In this document: positions 48,280 through 57,920 of the stretch, piece after piece | How positions within the stretch are numbered: the first letter of the stretch is position 1 | Layout of the letters: each line of letters opens with the position of its first letter | Program-made: the position numbers and the translations under genes | Assembly (NCBI GenBank): GCA_963977015.1 | Contig: CAXBMO010000024.1 | Span: 1 to 64,000, forward strand | DNA length: 64,000 nucleotides | Reading direction: 5' to 3' | DNA from: an uncultured bacterium | Lineage (GTDB): Bacteria > Verrucomicrobiota > Verrucomicrobiia > Verrucomicrobiales > DEV007 | The notes under the pieces: generated by a model | Told to the model about the DNA's origin: nothing | Databases searched by the model: none | The model's input: the letters and a program-made list of their open reading frames with translations, nothing else

Positions 48280-49801
48280 GTTTCTTGTTTACGATTTCAG
48301 ATGGTTCATGGCTGCGAAAATCGCCGCCGAGAGCGACATGCAGATCAACTCGATTGTCTAGACGTTGTCGACGGGCATCGATTAACGCGGATTCAGAATT
48401 GATCAACTGTTGTTGCGCACGGAGAAGCGTTAACACATCGCCGACGCCTCCGACATAGTCGTCCCGGGCGCGATCCAGCGCGTCGCGGCCCAGAGCGACG
48501 GCCTTTTGCAAGGCGGCAACGCGTTTGGCCTGGTATGAGTCGGCGGCCAATGCTTCCTCGACTTCGCGAAAGGCAGTCAATGCGGTTTGCTCAAAGTTTG
48601 CCAATGCGGCTTCGGCCTCGGCTTCGCGGAGTTGCACGGTTGCGCGGAGGCGTTTTCCGTCGAGCAACGGCTGGGCGGCGCGACCGGCAATGCTCCAGAC
48701 GGTGAAGTCGGTGTCGAAAATGTCGCTCAGGTCTTCGGTCGACGTTCCGTAGGCTCCGGTGAGCGTCACCGCCGGAAGGAGGCTGCGTTTGGCCTGAACG
48801 ATGCGCTCGTCGCTGGCGGAGAGGCGGCGCTCAGCGGCGACGAGGTCGGGACGACGCTCCAGAAGTTCGGCGGGAATTCCAGCCGGAGGCGCGCCGGGCA
48901 TGCTCGGCAGACGCGAGGCCGACCGCAATTCACTGGAGGGATAACGCCCCAAAATGACTTCCAGCAATTTGTTGGAGCGCATGAGTTCCTCCTGGCGCTG
49001 GTAGACGGCTGCGCGGGAGTTTTCGACGTCGGCCAGCGCGAGTTGCAGCTCTCCGGCCGCATTTTCGCCCAACCCTTTCTCAAATTCCGTCCGAATGATC
49101 TCCTGGGTTTGGTTGAAGATCTGCAGGGCCCGCTCCGAAAGTTCGGTTTGCTCCTTGGCGGCGATCAACGCGAACCAGCCCTTGGCGGTTTGCGACGCAA
49201 TCGAAAGTTGAGCGGCGCGAAAATCGGCTTCCGAAGCCTGGAGCTCCGCCAACGACGCGGATTTTGCCGCCGCGACCCGTCCCCAGAGATCCAATTCCCA
49301 GGTCAGGTTGAGATCGAGACCAAAGCTATTGCTCAACGTTGTCTGGACCGTTTCGACAGGCGCGGCACCATCCGTCGTGGTTCCTGACGTTCCCCGCGGA
49401 AAACCGATGAAGTTTCGCTGCGTGCGAACGCCATCGAACTCTCCGCTCACCTGGGGTTTACGGTCGGCGCCGGCGATGATCACGTTGGAGCGGGCCTGGC
49501 GAATGCGGGCGGCAGTGGACTTGAGATCGTAGTTGTTGGCCAGGGCCTCATCGACGATCTGCTTCAGCTTGGGATCGCGAAAGGTCGTAACCCACTCGGC
49601 GTCAGCCATCGGCTTGTTGGCGGCGCGCTCGGTCCATCCTTCCGGAATTTTCAGGCCCAGTTTCTCGTAATCGGGCTCAGGTGTGGTGACACACCCAGCC
49701 AGGAGCAGAGTGCACAAAAACGCAGCCGGGATCGCTGCGAACAAATGCGCAGCCCCCTCGTGCTCGCGGCAGGGGCGAGTCGAAGCCTCAGGGTTCTTCA
49801 T
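48176..49801 (-). CDS. NodT/OprM-type outer-membrane efflux lipoprotein (TolC family)
   Basis: Lipobox LLAGC; F.DP.L..IV.EAL.NN.DL, WELDLWGR, LLERRPDL.AAE, ALGG. Confidence 0.92.
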   Translation of the reverse strand: MKNPEASTRPCREHEGAAHLFAAIPAAFLCTLLLAGCVTTPEPDYEKLGLKIPEGWTERAANKPMADAEWVTTFRDPKLKQIVDEALANNYDLKSTAARIRQARSNVIIAGADRKPQVSGEFDGVRTQRNFIGFPRGTSGTTTDGAAPVETVQTTLSNSFGLDLNLTWELDLWGRVAAAKSASLAELQASEADFRAAQLSIASQTAKGWFALIAAKEQTELSERALQIFNQTQEIIRTEFEKGLGENAAGELQLALADVENSRAAVYQRQEELMRSNKLLEVILGRYPSSELRSASRLPSMPGAPPAGIPAELLERRPDLVAAERRLSASDERIVQAKRSLLPAVTLTGAYGTSTEDLSDIFDTDFTVWSIAGRAAQPLLDGKRLRATVQLREAEAEAALANFEQTALTAFREVEEALAADSYQAKRVAALQKAVALGRDALDRARDDYVGGVGDVLTLLRAQQQLINSESALIDARRQRLDNRVDLHVALGGDFRSHEPSEIVNKKRETLPEADSASSVLDRFRRRSGSGGGSPEAEAGG

Positions 49802-49946
49802 CGTCTCAAAAAAAGGGAGTCGGGTGTGGTCGGCAAAAAGAGGGGTGAGGATATTTCGCACATGTTAGACATTTTACGAGTGTAAAGTGAGGAAGCGCCG
49901 TCAAAAACTCCTTGGCGGAGTCCGCAGAATGGTGAATGGCTCTAAC

Positions 49947-50774
49947 ATGGCCACCACTCTAGCAGGCACGAGATTCGACCTCCGATTTGGAGATTGCATC
50001 GCAGGCATGAAAAAGCTGCGAGACGAATCCATCGATCTCGTCGTCACGTCTCCGCCTTACAATCTCGGGACGAACTATGGCAAATACAAAGACAACAAAT
50101 CGGTCGAGGAGTATCTGGAATGGTGCAAAACCTGGGCCGGCCAAATTCAGCGCATTCTCAAACCCGACGGCTCGTTTTTTCTGAACATCGGGGCTTCGCC
50201 AGCCAACCCCTTGCTCCCCCATCAGCTCCTTCTGGCGCTGACGCCCGAACTCTTTACGCTGCAAAACACATTTCACTGGGTGAAATCCATCACCGTCGAA
50301 ACTCGAGCGGGCGAGGAAGTGTCTGTGGGTCATTTCAAGCCGATCAATTCGAAGCGATTCGTGAACGATTGCCACGAATTTGTTTACCACTTCACGCTCG
50401 AGGGCAATATCCCGCTCGACCGGCGTGGGATCGGGGTGGAATACGTACACAAGAGCAATATTTCGCGCTGGGGCCACACCGGAGGAGAAGACAAACGCTG
50501 TCGCGGCAACAACTGGTTTGTGCCCTATGAAACCATCCAAAAGCGCAGCAAGGAGCGCCCGCATCCGGCAACGTTTCCGGTGAAACTCGCCTCAATGTGC
50601 ATCGGCATCATGGATCGTGATCCGAGTGCCATCACGATGCTGGATCCCTTTCTCGGGATTGGCCACGCCGCGATTGCCGCTGAAAACGAAGGCGTTGACC
50701 GGTTTATCGGCTTCGAAATTGATAAGAAGTATTTCAAGGAAGCGAAATCCCGACTCGCCCCGCCCGAAGAATGA
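49947..50774 (+). CDS. Orphan amino-DNA methyltransferase (beta class, N4-C or N6-A)
   Basis: VVTSPPY catalytic motif precedes HPATFP and the LDPFLGIG SAM-binding motif. Confidence 0.9.
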   Translation: MATTLAGTRFDLRFGDCIAGMKKLRDESIDLVVTSPPYNLGTNYGKYKDNKSVEEYLEWCKTWAGQIQRILKPDGSFFLNIGASPANPLLPHQLLLALTPELFTLQNTFHWVKSITVETRAGEEVSVGHFKPINSKRFVNDCHEFVYHFTLEGNIPLDRRGIGVEYVHKSNISRWGHTGGEDKRCRGNNWFVPYETIQKRSKERPHPATFPVKLASMCIGIMDRDPSAITMLDPFLGIGHAAIAAENEGVDRFIGFEIDKKYFKEAKSRLAPPEE

Positions 50775-52366
50775 AACGTTTCACCAAGGGCGATCTCGAC
50801 GGGTTTTTCGCACTCGGGTTGGACAACCTGCTGATGCTCATCCTGATGAGCGGGTTGTGTCTCGGCTTCCCACTCAACTTCGATCCCGACTTATTTTACG
50901 GGCGGGTCTTGCCCGGAGCAGCGATTGGCCTGCTGATCGGCAACCTGTTTTACGCGCGCCAGGCGCTCCGACTCGCCGCTCGCGAAAATCGCAATGACGT
51001 CTGCGCCCTCCCCTACGGCATCAATCTGATCACCATTTTCGTCCACGTTTTCCTGGTGATGTGGCCAGCTCAACAAATCGCAATGAGCCAGGGACTGGAG
51101 AAGCCGGAAGCGGATTTGATGGCGTGGAAAGCGGGAATTGTCGCCTGCCTTGGCTCGGGTTTGATCGAGTTTCTGGGCTCGTTCGTGGTCGATCGCATCC
51201 GCAGAATCACCCCGCGCGCCGCCCTTCTCGCCGCGCTGGGGGGAATTGGGCTCGCGTTCATCGGGATGGATTTCGTGTTTCGAGCCTTCACCTATCCGCT
51301 CGTTGGATTCACCACGCTCGCGATCACCCTGATCGCTTATTTTGGCAAAGTCCGCTTCAAGTTCGGGCTGCCCGCCGGGCTCGTAATTGTCGTCATTGGC
51401 TGCGCGATTGCCTGGGCGACGGGAGTCGCACCCGTCGGCGAAGCGCGAGCCGCTGGAATCTGTCTGCCCGTCCCCAGATTTGGCGCGCTGTTTGGATCTT
51501 TGGGGAATTTATGGATCTACGCCCCGGTCATTTTGCCGATGGGAATCCTGAGTTTGGTGATGTCGCTCCAGAATATCGAATCCGCCGAAGCGGCCGGCGA
51601 TCGCTACGAACCCAAACCCGCCCTTGCCTTCAACGGGATCGGCTCCATTGGCGCCGCGCTGTTCGGCTGCCCCTTTCCCACCACCATTTACATCGGCCAT
51701 CCCGGTTGGAAGTCGCTCGGTGCCCGGGCCGGCTACTCTACTCTCAACGCAGTCGTCCTCTCCCTGATCTGTTTTACCGGCACCCTCAGTTACATTGTCT
51801 ACGTCGTGCCGCTCGAAGCCGGTATGGCGATTTTGATCTGGATTGGAGTGGTGATGGCGGCCCATGCCTTCCAAGCCGTCCCCAAGGAACACGCGCCCGC
51901 CGTGGTGATGGGATTCGTTCCCGCCCTTGGTGGTTTTGCTGCGCTCATGCTCAAAGCCGGGCTCGGTGCCGGCGGTTACGGCATGCCCGACAAGCCATTT
52001 GATCCCGAAATCGCGACCGTTCTGGCTCAGACTCGAAACGTCTTTGCCGAGGGAATTTTCGCGCTCGATCAGGGCTTCGTTTACACCAGCATTCTCTTTG
52101 CGGCGACGACCGTGGCCATCATCGAACGGAAGTTCCGCATCGCGGCAGCCTGGTGTCTGGCGGGCGGATTTCTCGCGGCGATCGGGCTCATTCACGCCCA
52201 TCAATACACACCGGGAGACGTCGTCGGACGACTGTCGGCCGGGTTTGAACTCGATGAATCCGGAAACCTGATGGCGGCCCAGGGCTGGAAGTGGACCTGG
52301 GGTTACCTGGTGATGGCCGGCGTCTTTTTCGTGGCGCCCTGGGTCACGGAGAAAAGCGAGAACTAA
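50771..52366 (+). CDS. NCS2/AzgA-like permease
   Basis: [35 protein letters not shown]; many TM segments. Confidence 0.85.
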   Translation: MKRFTKGDLDGFFALGLDNLLMLILMSGLCLGFPLNFDPDLFYGRVLPGAAIGLLIGNLFYARQALRLAARENRNDVCALPYGINLITIFVHVFLVMWPAQQIAMSQGLEKPEADLMAWKAGIVACLGSGLIEFLGSFVVDRIRRITPRAALLAALGGIGLAFIGMDFVFRAFTYPLVGFTTLAITLIAYFGKVRFKFGLPAGLVIVVIGCAIAWATGVAPVGEARAAGICLPVPRFGALFGSLGNLWIYAPVILPMGILSLVMSLQNIESAEAAGDRYEPKPALAFNGIGSIGAALFGCPFPTTIYIGHPGWKSLGARAGYSTLNAVVLSLICFTGTLSYIVYVVPLEAGMAILIWIGVVMAAHAFQAVPKEHAPAVVMGFVPALGGFAALMLKAGLGAGGYGMPDKPFDPEIATVLAQTRNVFAEGIFALDQGFVYTSILFAATTVAIIERKFRIAAAWCLAGGFLAAIGLIHAHQYTPGDVVGRLSAGFELDESGNLMAAQGWKWTWGYLVMAGVFFVAPWVTEKSEN

Positions 52367-52374
52367 GCCGTTCG

Positions 52375-53427
52375 CTAGATCTCCAGTTCCAGCTGCTCGC
52401 CACCTTCTCCGGAAGTCGCAAACCGGACCCCGGCTCCGATCAATCGAACCGTCCGCCCGCGACGTCGCTCCCAACCTTCATTCAGGAGGTTCTCGTAAAT
52501 CTCGGGGAGCACTGAACTTGCCGCACACTCCGCCGTGGTCGTCTGGAAGTCGTTGAATTTGAGCTTGATGAACGATTTTGCGATCTGGAGATCCTCGATT
52601 TTCTCCAAATCGTGGACGAGTTCTTCAAGAAGTGGGTCCAAGGTGCCGCGACACTCTTCCAGCGTGGTCAAATCCTGCGAAAACGTGCGCTCATTGCTTA
52701 AACTCTTGCGCTCCCGATCCACCCGGACCGGTCGATGGTCTTCGCCCCGGCAAAGTTGGTAGAGTTCCACCCCAAACTTCCCAAAATCCCGCGTCAGCCG
52801 CGACAAATCCCAGGTTTGCAGATCGCCGCAAGTCTTCGCTCCCAACCGCTCCAGCTTTTCGGCAGTCCGTTTCCCCACTCCCCAGATCTCTCGAACCGGC
52901 AAATCGACCATGAAGCCGGCAATCTCACTCTCGCGGACCTCAAATTGCCCATTCGGCTTTCGCCAATCGCTCGCGATCTTGGCGAGAAACTTGTTCGGCG
53001 CAATCCCGGCGCTCGCCGCCAACCCGGTCGTTTCAAAAATCCGGGCGCGAATCTCCGCCGCGACGTTCGCGCCACTTGAACGCAGATGGCTGACATCGAG
53101 ATAAGCTTCATCGAGGGAAAGCGGCTCAATCGTTGGCGTGAACTGCTCGAAAATCTGTCGAATCCGGCGCGATTCCTCGCGATAGAGATCAAAACGAACC
53201 GGCAAAACGATCAACCGCGGGCAGAGCTGCATCGCCTTGAAGGTCGGCATGGCTGATCGGCAGCCGAACTTGCGGGCCTCATAGTTCGCCGTCGTCAACA
53301 CGCCCCGGTTGGAAGATCGCCCGCCAACCGCGACCGGTTTTCCCACCAGTTCCGGATTCTCACGCAATTCGATGGCTGCGTAAAAGCAGTCCATGTCGAT
53401 ATGAATGATTTTTCGGGTCTCGGGCAC
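52375..53427 (-). CDS. dinB: DNA polymerase IV
   Basis: IIHIDMDCFYAAIE, ANYEARKFG, LSLDEAYLD, NKFLAKIASD..KPNG. Confidence 0.96.
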   Translation of the reverse strand: MPETRKIIHIDMDCFYAAIELRENPELVGKPVAVGGRSSNRGVLTTANYEARKFGCRSAMPTFKAMQLCPRLIVLPVRFDLYREESRRIRQIFEQFTPTIEPLSLDEAYLDVSHLRSSGANVAAEIRARIFETTGLAASAGIAPNKFLAKIASDWRKPNGQFEVRESEIAGFMVDLPVREIWGVGKRTAEKLERLGAKTCGDLQTWDLSRLTRDFGKFGVELYQLCRGEDHRPVRVDRERKSLSNERTFSQDLTTLEECRGTLDPLLEELVHDLEKIEDLQIAKSFIKLKFNDFQTTTAECAASSVLPEIYENLLNEGWERRRGRTVRLIGAGVRFATSGEGGEQLELEI

Positions 53428-53525
53428 AGCAATCCCACTGTATCCACGGTTGAAGATTGGTCGACCACATCAAAAGCCTCTCGTTCATAGGCAGGATTCC
53501 CGAATATTAAAGAAAACTTAGCGAA

Positions 53526-53549
53526 ATTGTTCATTTTGATTTGAACAAT
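53526..53549. promoter_or_regulatory. Palindromic operator ATTGTTCA-N8-TGAACAAT
   Basis: Perfect 8-bp inverted repeat in the AT-rich divergent region between dinB and the regulator gene. Confidence 0.65.
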
Positions 53550-53575
53550 ATATTTTTTAATGGAACTTATAATAA

Positions 53576-54079
53576 GTGCAACCTGCAACCGAACCTCCGA
53601 TCCCCAAATCCACTCCCCCAGAGCTTTCTCCGGTGGAGGTCGAAGTGATCGATCTGTTCGTCAACGCCGCCAAGCTGCTCGCCCTTCCCAAATCGGTCGC
53701 TGAGATCTACGGCCTCCTCTTTATTTCACCGGAGCCCTGCTCGCTTGATGATTTGGTCACAAAGTTGCGCATGAGCAAGGGATCCGGCAGCCAGGGCATT
53801 CGACTTTTGCGAACGATGGGCGCGATTCAGTCCGTCTACGTTCCCGGGAGCCGGTGCGATCATTTTGCCGCCGTGACCGAACTCAGGAAACTGGTCTCAG
53901 GCTACTTTCGAGGCCAGGTTCAAGAGCATCTCGACAATGGTGATGTCCGGCTTCAGCGCATTACTGAGGCGGCAAACGAAGATTCTTCCGAATTTTACGA
54001 GCAGCGGATTGAGAAATTGGAGCAATGGTATGGTCGAGCCCAAACACTGCTGCCGATGGCGCAGAAAATCCTGGGTTAA
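53576..54079 (+). CDS. GbsR/MarR-family transcriptional regulator
   Basis: LPKSVAEIYGLLF.S.EP.SLDDL...L.MSKGS.SQG winged-HTH pattern; start uncertain. Confidence 0.85.
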   Translation: MQPATEPPIPKSTPPELSPVEVEVIDLFVNAAKLLALPKSVAEIYGLLFISPEPCSLDDLVTKLRMSKGSGSQGIRLLRTMGAIQSVYVPGSRCDHFAAVTELRKLVSGYFRGQVQEHLDNGDVRLQRITEAANEDSSEFYEQRIEKLEQWYGRAQTLLPMAQKILG

Positions 54080-54096
54080 CCGCAAGAAATACGACC

Positions 54097-54669
54097 ATGA
54101 GTGATCCAGCCCCCTATCAGCCCAAAGAGGAAGACATCCATTGGTATGCGATTCATACCAAGGCAAAGAGCGAACATATCGCCACGGCACACCTCAAGCT
54201 TCTGGATCCGGAAATGCAGGTTTTCTGCCCGCGGATCCGTTTTCAAAAGAAGACCAAACGCGGCAAGATCTGGTTCGTCGAAGCCATGTTCCCCGGCTAC
54301 ACCTTTGCCCGCTTCGATCTGGGCGAGTGGCTCCGCGGCGTCAACGCAACCACCGCGGTGCTCGGTGTCGTCCGATTTGGAACGGAATACCCGTTTGTGC
54401 CCGACGAAGCCGTCGAAGAATGGCGCAACACGGTGGACGACCAGGCAATCATCACGGTCGAAGAAAAGCTCGAGGAAGGCGATGAAATCGAAATCATCGA
54501 GGGACCGATCATGGGGCTCAAGGCGATCATCACCAAGGTGATGCCGGGCGCGGAACGCGTAAGTATTTTGATGGATATGCTGGGACAAACTCGAGAAGTC
54601 GAGATTTCCCGCGATGCCATCAGCCGCAAGAAAGACATCCGAGTGGCTTCCACGCCGACTGACGGGTGA
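54097..54669 (+). CDS. NusG-paralog antiterminator (RfaH/UpxY-like)
   Basis: WYAIHTK, FCP, MFPGY.F.RF, V.G..RFG, KOW motif GDEIEIIEGP; heads a polysaccharide locus. Confidence 0.9.
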   Translation: MSDPAPYQPKEEDIHWYAIHTKAKSEHIATAHLKLLDPEMQVFCPRIRFQKKTKRGKIWFVEAMFPGYTFARFDLGEWLRGVNATTAVLGVVRFGTEYPFVPDEAVEEWRNTVDDQAIITVEEKLEEGDEIEIIEGPIMGLKAIITKVMPGAERVSILMDMLGQTREVEISRDAISRKKDIRVASTPTDG

Positions 54670-54690
54670 TTCTGGTGGAAACAGCCTGAG

Positions 54691-54720
54691 AGCACGGACT
54701 CGTCATGGAGTTCGGCTTTT
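54691..54720 (+). terminator. Weak intrinsic terminator-like hairpin after the antiterminator gene
   Basis: CGGACTC/GAGTTCG stem (one G-U), extended by AGC/GCT, followed by TTTT. Confidence 0.4.
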
Positions 54721-54777
54721 CGGCACCTGACTGACACCTTTCCAAAAACGGTTTCGCCAAATCCAATGCGCGATTGA

Positions 54778-54793
54778 CCAGGGGCGGCAGCTT
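54778..54793 (+). promoter_or_regulatory. ops/JUMPstart-like sequence
   Basis: CCAGGGGCGGCAGCTT compared with enterobacterial CCAGGGGCGGTAGC. Confidence 0.4.
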
Positions 54794-54845
54794 CAGGCAA
54801 ATTTCAGTTTCCACTTGGCGATTTTCAGGTTCGGTTAGCGCACGA

Positions 54846-55850
54846 ATGACTCGAGATCGAATTCATCAACTCCTGACGCAGTTTGAGCAAAAGCGCGTCC
54901 TCGTCATCGGCGACATCATGCTGGACCGTTTCTTGTGGGGCAGCGTGACCCGAATCTCTCCCGAGGCGCCCGTTCCAGTCGTTCATGTGCAACGCGAAGA
55001 ATTCTATCCGGGAGGCGCAGCGAACGTCGCTCGCAATCTGGCTCCGTTCACCAAATTCACCTCCCTGGTTGGAATTGCGGGTGAAGACGAATACGCCAAA
55101 ACGCTCCAATCCGAACTTTCGAACGGAAACATCGCCAACGATGGAATCCTCCTCGATCCCAACTTCGAGACGATCGTCAAAACCCGCATTTTCGCGCGAC
55201 AACAGCAGGTGGTCCGAGTCGATCGCGAACGGCCGGGCGCGCTGACCGAGGAACAGCAACAAGCCGTTCTCGACTACCTGATGACAAAGGCGGAGCAACT
55301 GGACGCCATCATTCTGGAAGACTACGGCAAGGGAATGATGCAACAGCCGCTTGTTGATCAGATCGTCGAAATCGCTTCCTCAAAGGGAATTCAGGTCACG
55401 GCGGACCCGAATCCGAACAACCAGCTCAATTGGAACGGTGTCACGGTATTGAAACCCAATCGCCTTGAGGCGTTTCGGATGGCGGACACTCCCGAGCCGC
55501 CTGCCCATGAGGATCCGCTCCAGGACCAGGCCCTGCTCGATGTCGGGGAACAACTCCTTCAAAAATGGGCCGCCAAGATGATTCTGATCACGCTCGGCGA
55601 ACATGGAATGATGCTTTTTGAACGTGATGCAGCCCCACAACACGTTCCGGTCCGGGCCCGCGAGGTCTTTGACGTTTCGGGAGCCGGCGACACCGCCATC
55701 GCCCTTCTCACTCTGGCCCTGACCGCTGGAGCCACACCGATCGAAGCGGTCGAAGTCTCCAACTACGCCAGTGGCACCGTGGTCGGCAAACTCGGAACCG
55801 CAACCCTCTCACCCGACGAGTTGCGGGATGCGGTTCCCGCTGCTAAGTGA
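54846..55850 (+). CDS. rfaE1: D-glycero-D-manno-heptose-7-phosphate kinase (HldE kinase domain only, RfaE1)
   Basis: GDIMLD, RISPEAPVPVV, GGAANVA, DYGKG, KPN..E, DVSGAGDT. Confidence 0.92.
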   Translation: MTRDRIHQLLTQFEQKRVLVIGDIMLDRFLWGSVTRISPEAPVPVVHVQREEFYPGGAANVARNLAPFTKFTSLVGIAGEDEYAKTLQSELSNGNIANDGILLDPNFETIVKTRIFARQQQVVRVDRERPGALTEEQQQAVLDYLMTKAEQLDAIILEDYGKGMMQQPLVDQIVEIASSKGIQVTADPNPNNQLNWNGVTVLKPNRLEAFRMADTPEPPAHEDPLQDQALLDVGEQLLQKWAAKMILITLGEHGMMLFERDAAPQHVPVRAREVFDVSGAGDTAIALLTLALTAGATPIEAVEVSNYASGTVVGKLGTATLSPDELRDAVPAAK

Positions 55851-55854
55851 ACCC

Positions 55855-56415
55855 ATGAAGTCGATTTTCGTCGAACGCCTCCAAGAGCATCATGAAGTGA
55901 TGCGCTCCATCGAATCGCAGGCCGAGTTGTTCGAGGAAATTGCCTCCAAGATGGTCGACGCGATCAAGGCCGGCGGAAAAATCTGCTTTATGGGCAACGG
56001 CGGCAGCGCGGCGGACTCCCAACACCTGGCGGCGGAGTTGGTCGGTCGCTTCCAGAAAGAACGAGCCGCGATGCCATCCATCGCCTTCACCACCGACACC
56101 TCAATTTTGACCGCCGTCGCGAACGACTACGGCTACGACGCCATTTTCGAGCGCCAGGTCGAAGGCCTCTGCGGACCGAACGACGTCGTCGTCGGTCTTT
56201 CCACCTCTGGCAACAGCCCCAACGTGCTCCGCGGCATCGAAGCGGCCAAAAAGATGGGAGTTTTCACGATTGGCATGGCAGGAAAGGACGGCGGCAAGCT
56301 CAAGGACACTGCGGACCTGACCTTCGTCGTTCCATCGCCCAAAGCCGCCCGCACCCAGGAAGCCCATATCTTCATTGGGCACACCCTTTGCGAGGTGATC
56401 GAGGACAGCCTTTGA
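55855..56415 (+). CDS. gmhA: Sedoheptulose-7-phosphate isomerase
   Basis: GNGGSAADSQH, NDYG, STSGNS, QEAH..GH. Confidence 0.96.
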   Translation: MKSIFVERLQEHHEVMRSIESQAELFEEIASKMVDAIKAGGKICFMGNGGSAADSQHLAAELVGRFQKERAAMPSIAFTTDTSILTAVANDYGYDAIFERQVEGLCGPNDVVVGLSTSGNSPNVLRGIEAAKKMGVFTIGMAGKDGGKLKDTADLTFVVPSPKAARTQEAHIFIGHTLCEVIEDSL

Positions 56416-56470
56416 TTCCTGCAACCTGATTTGGATCAGGCGGGCCGAGTATTCTCTTTCCAACTCCTTC

Positions 56471-57778
56471 ATGTTCGGCAGAAAAGAGAGTCGAGCCATC
56501 CTTTGGCTTGGATTCGAAAAAATGGCGGCTCTAGGCCTCTCGTTTTTGGCAACGATTGTCGTCGCTCGGCATCTGGGCCCCGCCAACCTGGGCATTTTAG
56601 CCAGCGGGCTCGCCATCGTATCCATTCTCTCCCCACTTGCCAGCCTCCTGATCGATAAAGCGCTCGTACGACGGTTTTCCAGAGAGCCCGAGCAACGCGA
56701 CTACTTGCTATTCCTGGCACGTCATATTGTCGTAAGGGCCAGTATTCTGACGTTTCTTGTTGGCCTTGTTCTGATCGCAATCTTGTCGACCAGCAGTGAC
56801 GGAACCAGCGGCCTGCGATTTCTGGTGGGCCTATCCGCCTTGCTCTCTCTTCTGATCTTTCCTTTTCTGGTCCCGCTCCGGAGTTTCTGTGAATCCATCA
56901 CCAACGGAAAAATATTGGCGACGTCGAATCTCTCGGGATCGGTTGGAGCGTCACTATTCCGCCTGGTCATGGTCGCCATCGGCGCGCCCCTGCCTCTCTT
57001 CGCGTTCAGCGGAGCCGTTGGCGCGGCCCTTTCCGCAGGAGTACTTCGGGCGCACTTCGGCCGAATCGGCAAATGGTTCCTCCCCGATTTCAAGGCCGCG
57101 CGACGTGAAAAAACGTTCCTTGCCGAAGGCAGCATTCTCGCCTTCGCGGCGCTGACAAACCTGATTCATCGCAATGTCGACATCATCATGGTCGAGCGCC
57201 TGGCCAACTCGACCGAAGCCGGCAACTACGCAGCCTCGGCACGCCTGGCCGAGATCACCTATCTGATCCCCGTAATCCTGGCGACTGTCTATTTACCGCT
57301 ATTGTCCCGTAGCCGGGATAATGCCTCCAGCTTTCATAACTCGACGCTGAACTTCTTTCGACTGAACACCCTTTTCGCCCTGGTAATCACTATGGCCGGC
57401 CTTCTTTGTGGGAAACCGATCATCGATCTGCTCTATGGCAGCCAATTCAGCATGGTCGGAACGATCTTCCTGATTCATATCGCAAGCATCTGGTTCATCT
57501 TTATCGACCACGCGAAAGGAACCGTTCTAACGTCCAACCGGGGAAACCCCGTGGTCATCTGGTGCAACGCCATTGCAATCACGGTCAACGTTGGTCTCAA
57601 CTTCCTCCTGATTCCCAAATACGGCGGAATCGGAGCGGCTTCCGCAACCTTTGTATCCTATTCTCTGATTGGAGCGATCCTCCCCTTTCTTTTCGCCGAA
57701 ACCCGCAAGCTTGCAAGAATGCAGATCAGGGCACTGATTTCTCCGATTCAAGTCCTCGGGCAGCTTCGGTCCAGCTAA
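56471..57778 (+). CDS. wzx: Wzx-type polysaccharide flippase
   Basis: ARHLGP..LG, D..M.......G.Y, NFLLIPKYG.IGAA; about 12 TM segments. Confidence 0.85.
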   Translation: MFGRKESRAILWLGFEKMAALGLSFLATIVVARHLGPANLGILASGLAIVSILSPLASLLIDKALVRRFSREPEQRDYLLFLARHIVVRASILTFLVGLVLIAILSTSSDGTSGLRFLVGLSALLSLLIFPFLVPLRSFCESITNGKILATSNLSGSVGASLFRLVMVAIGAPLPLFAFSGAVGAALSAGVLRAHFGRIGKWFLPDFKAARREKTFLAEGSILAFAALTNLIHRNVDIIMVERLANSTEAGNYAASARLAEITYLIPVILATVYLPLLSRSRDNASSFHNSTLNFFRLNTLFALVITMAGLLCGKPIIDLLYGSQFSMVGTIFLIHIASIWFIFIDHAKGTVLTSNRGNPVVIWCNAIAITVNVGLNFLLIPKYGGIGAASATFVSYSLIGAILPFLFAETRKLARMQIRALISPIQVLGQLRSS

Positions 57779-57920
57779 CTCTCATTCAGTGAACGAGACA
57801 CTCGTCCTTTCGTCTCGGACCATCACCCCGCAGTTTTTCGGAACTGGCTCACAGGATTCCCCGCAAGGACCGCGCATATCCTGAAGGACTGGGTCTATAT
57901 CCCGGCGTCCTTTTGAAAGA

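Noticed and set aside
53528-53547. TGTTC...GAACA upstream of dinB as a LexA (SOS) box
   Set aside because: The Verrucomicrobia LexA motif, as I recall it, is TGTTC-N4-GAACA. Here the spacer is 10 nt, so the adjacent GbsR-type regulator is the likelier binder.
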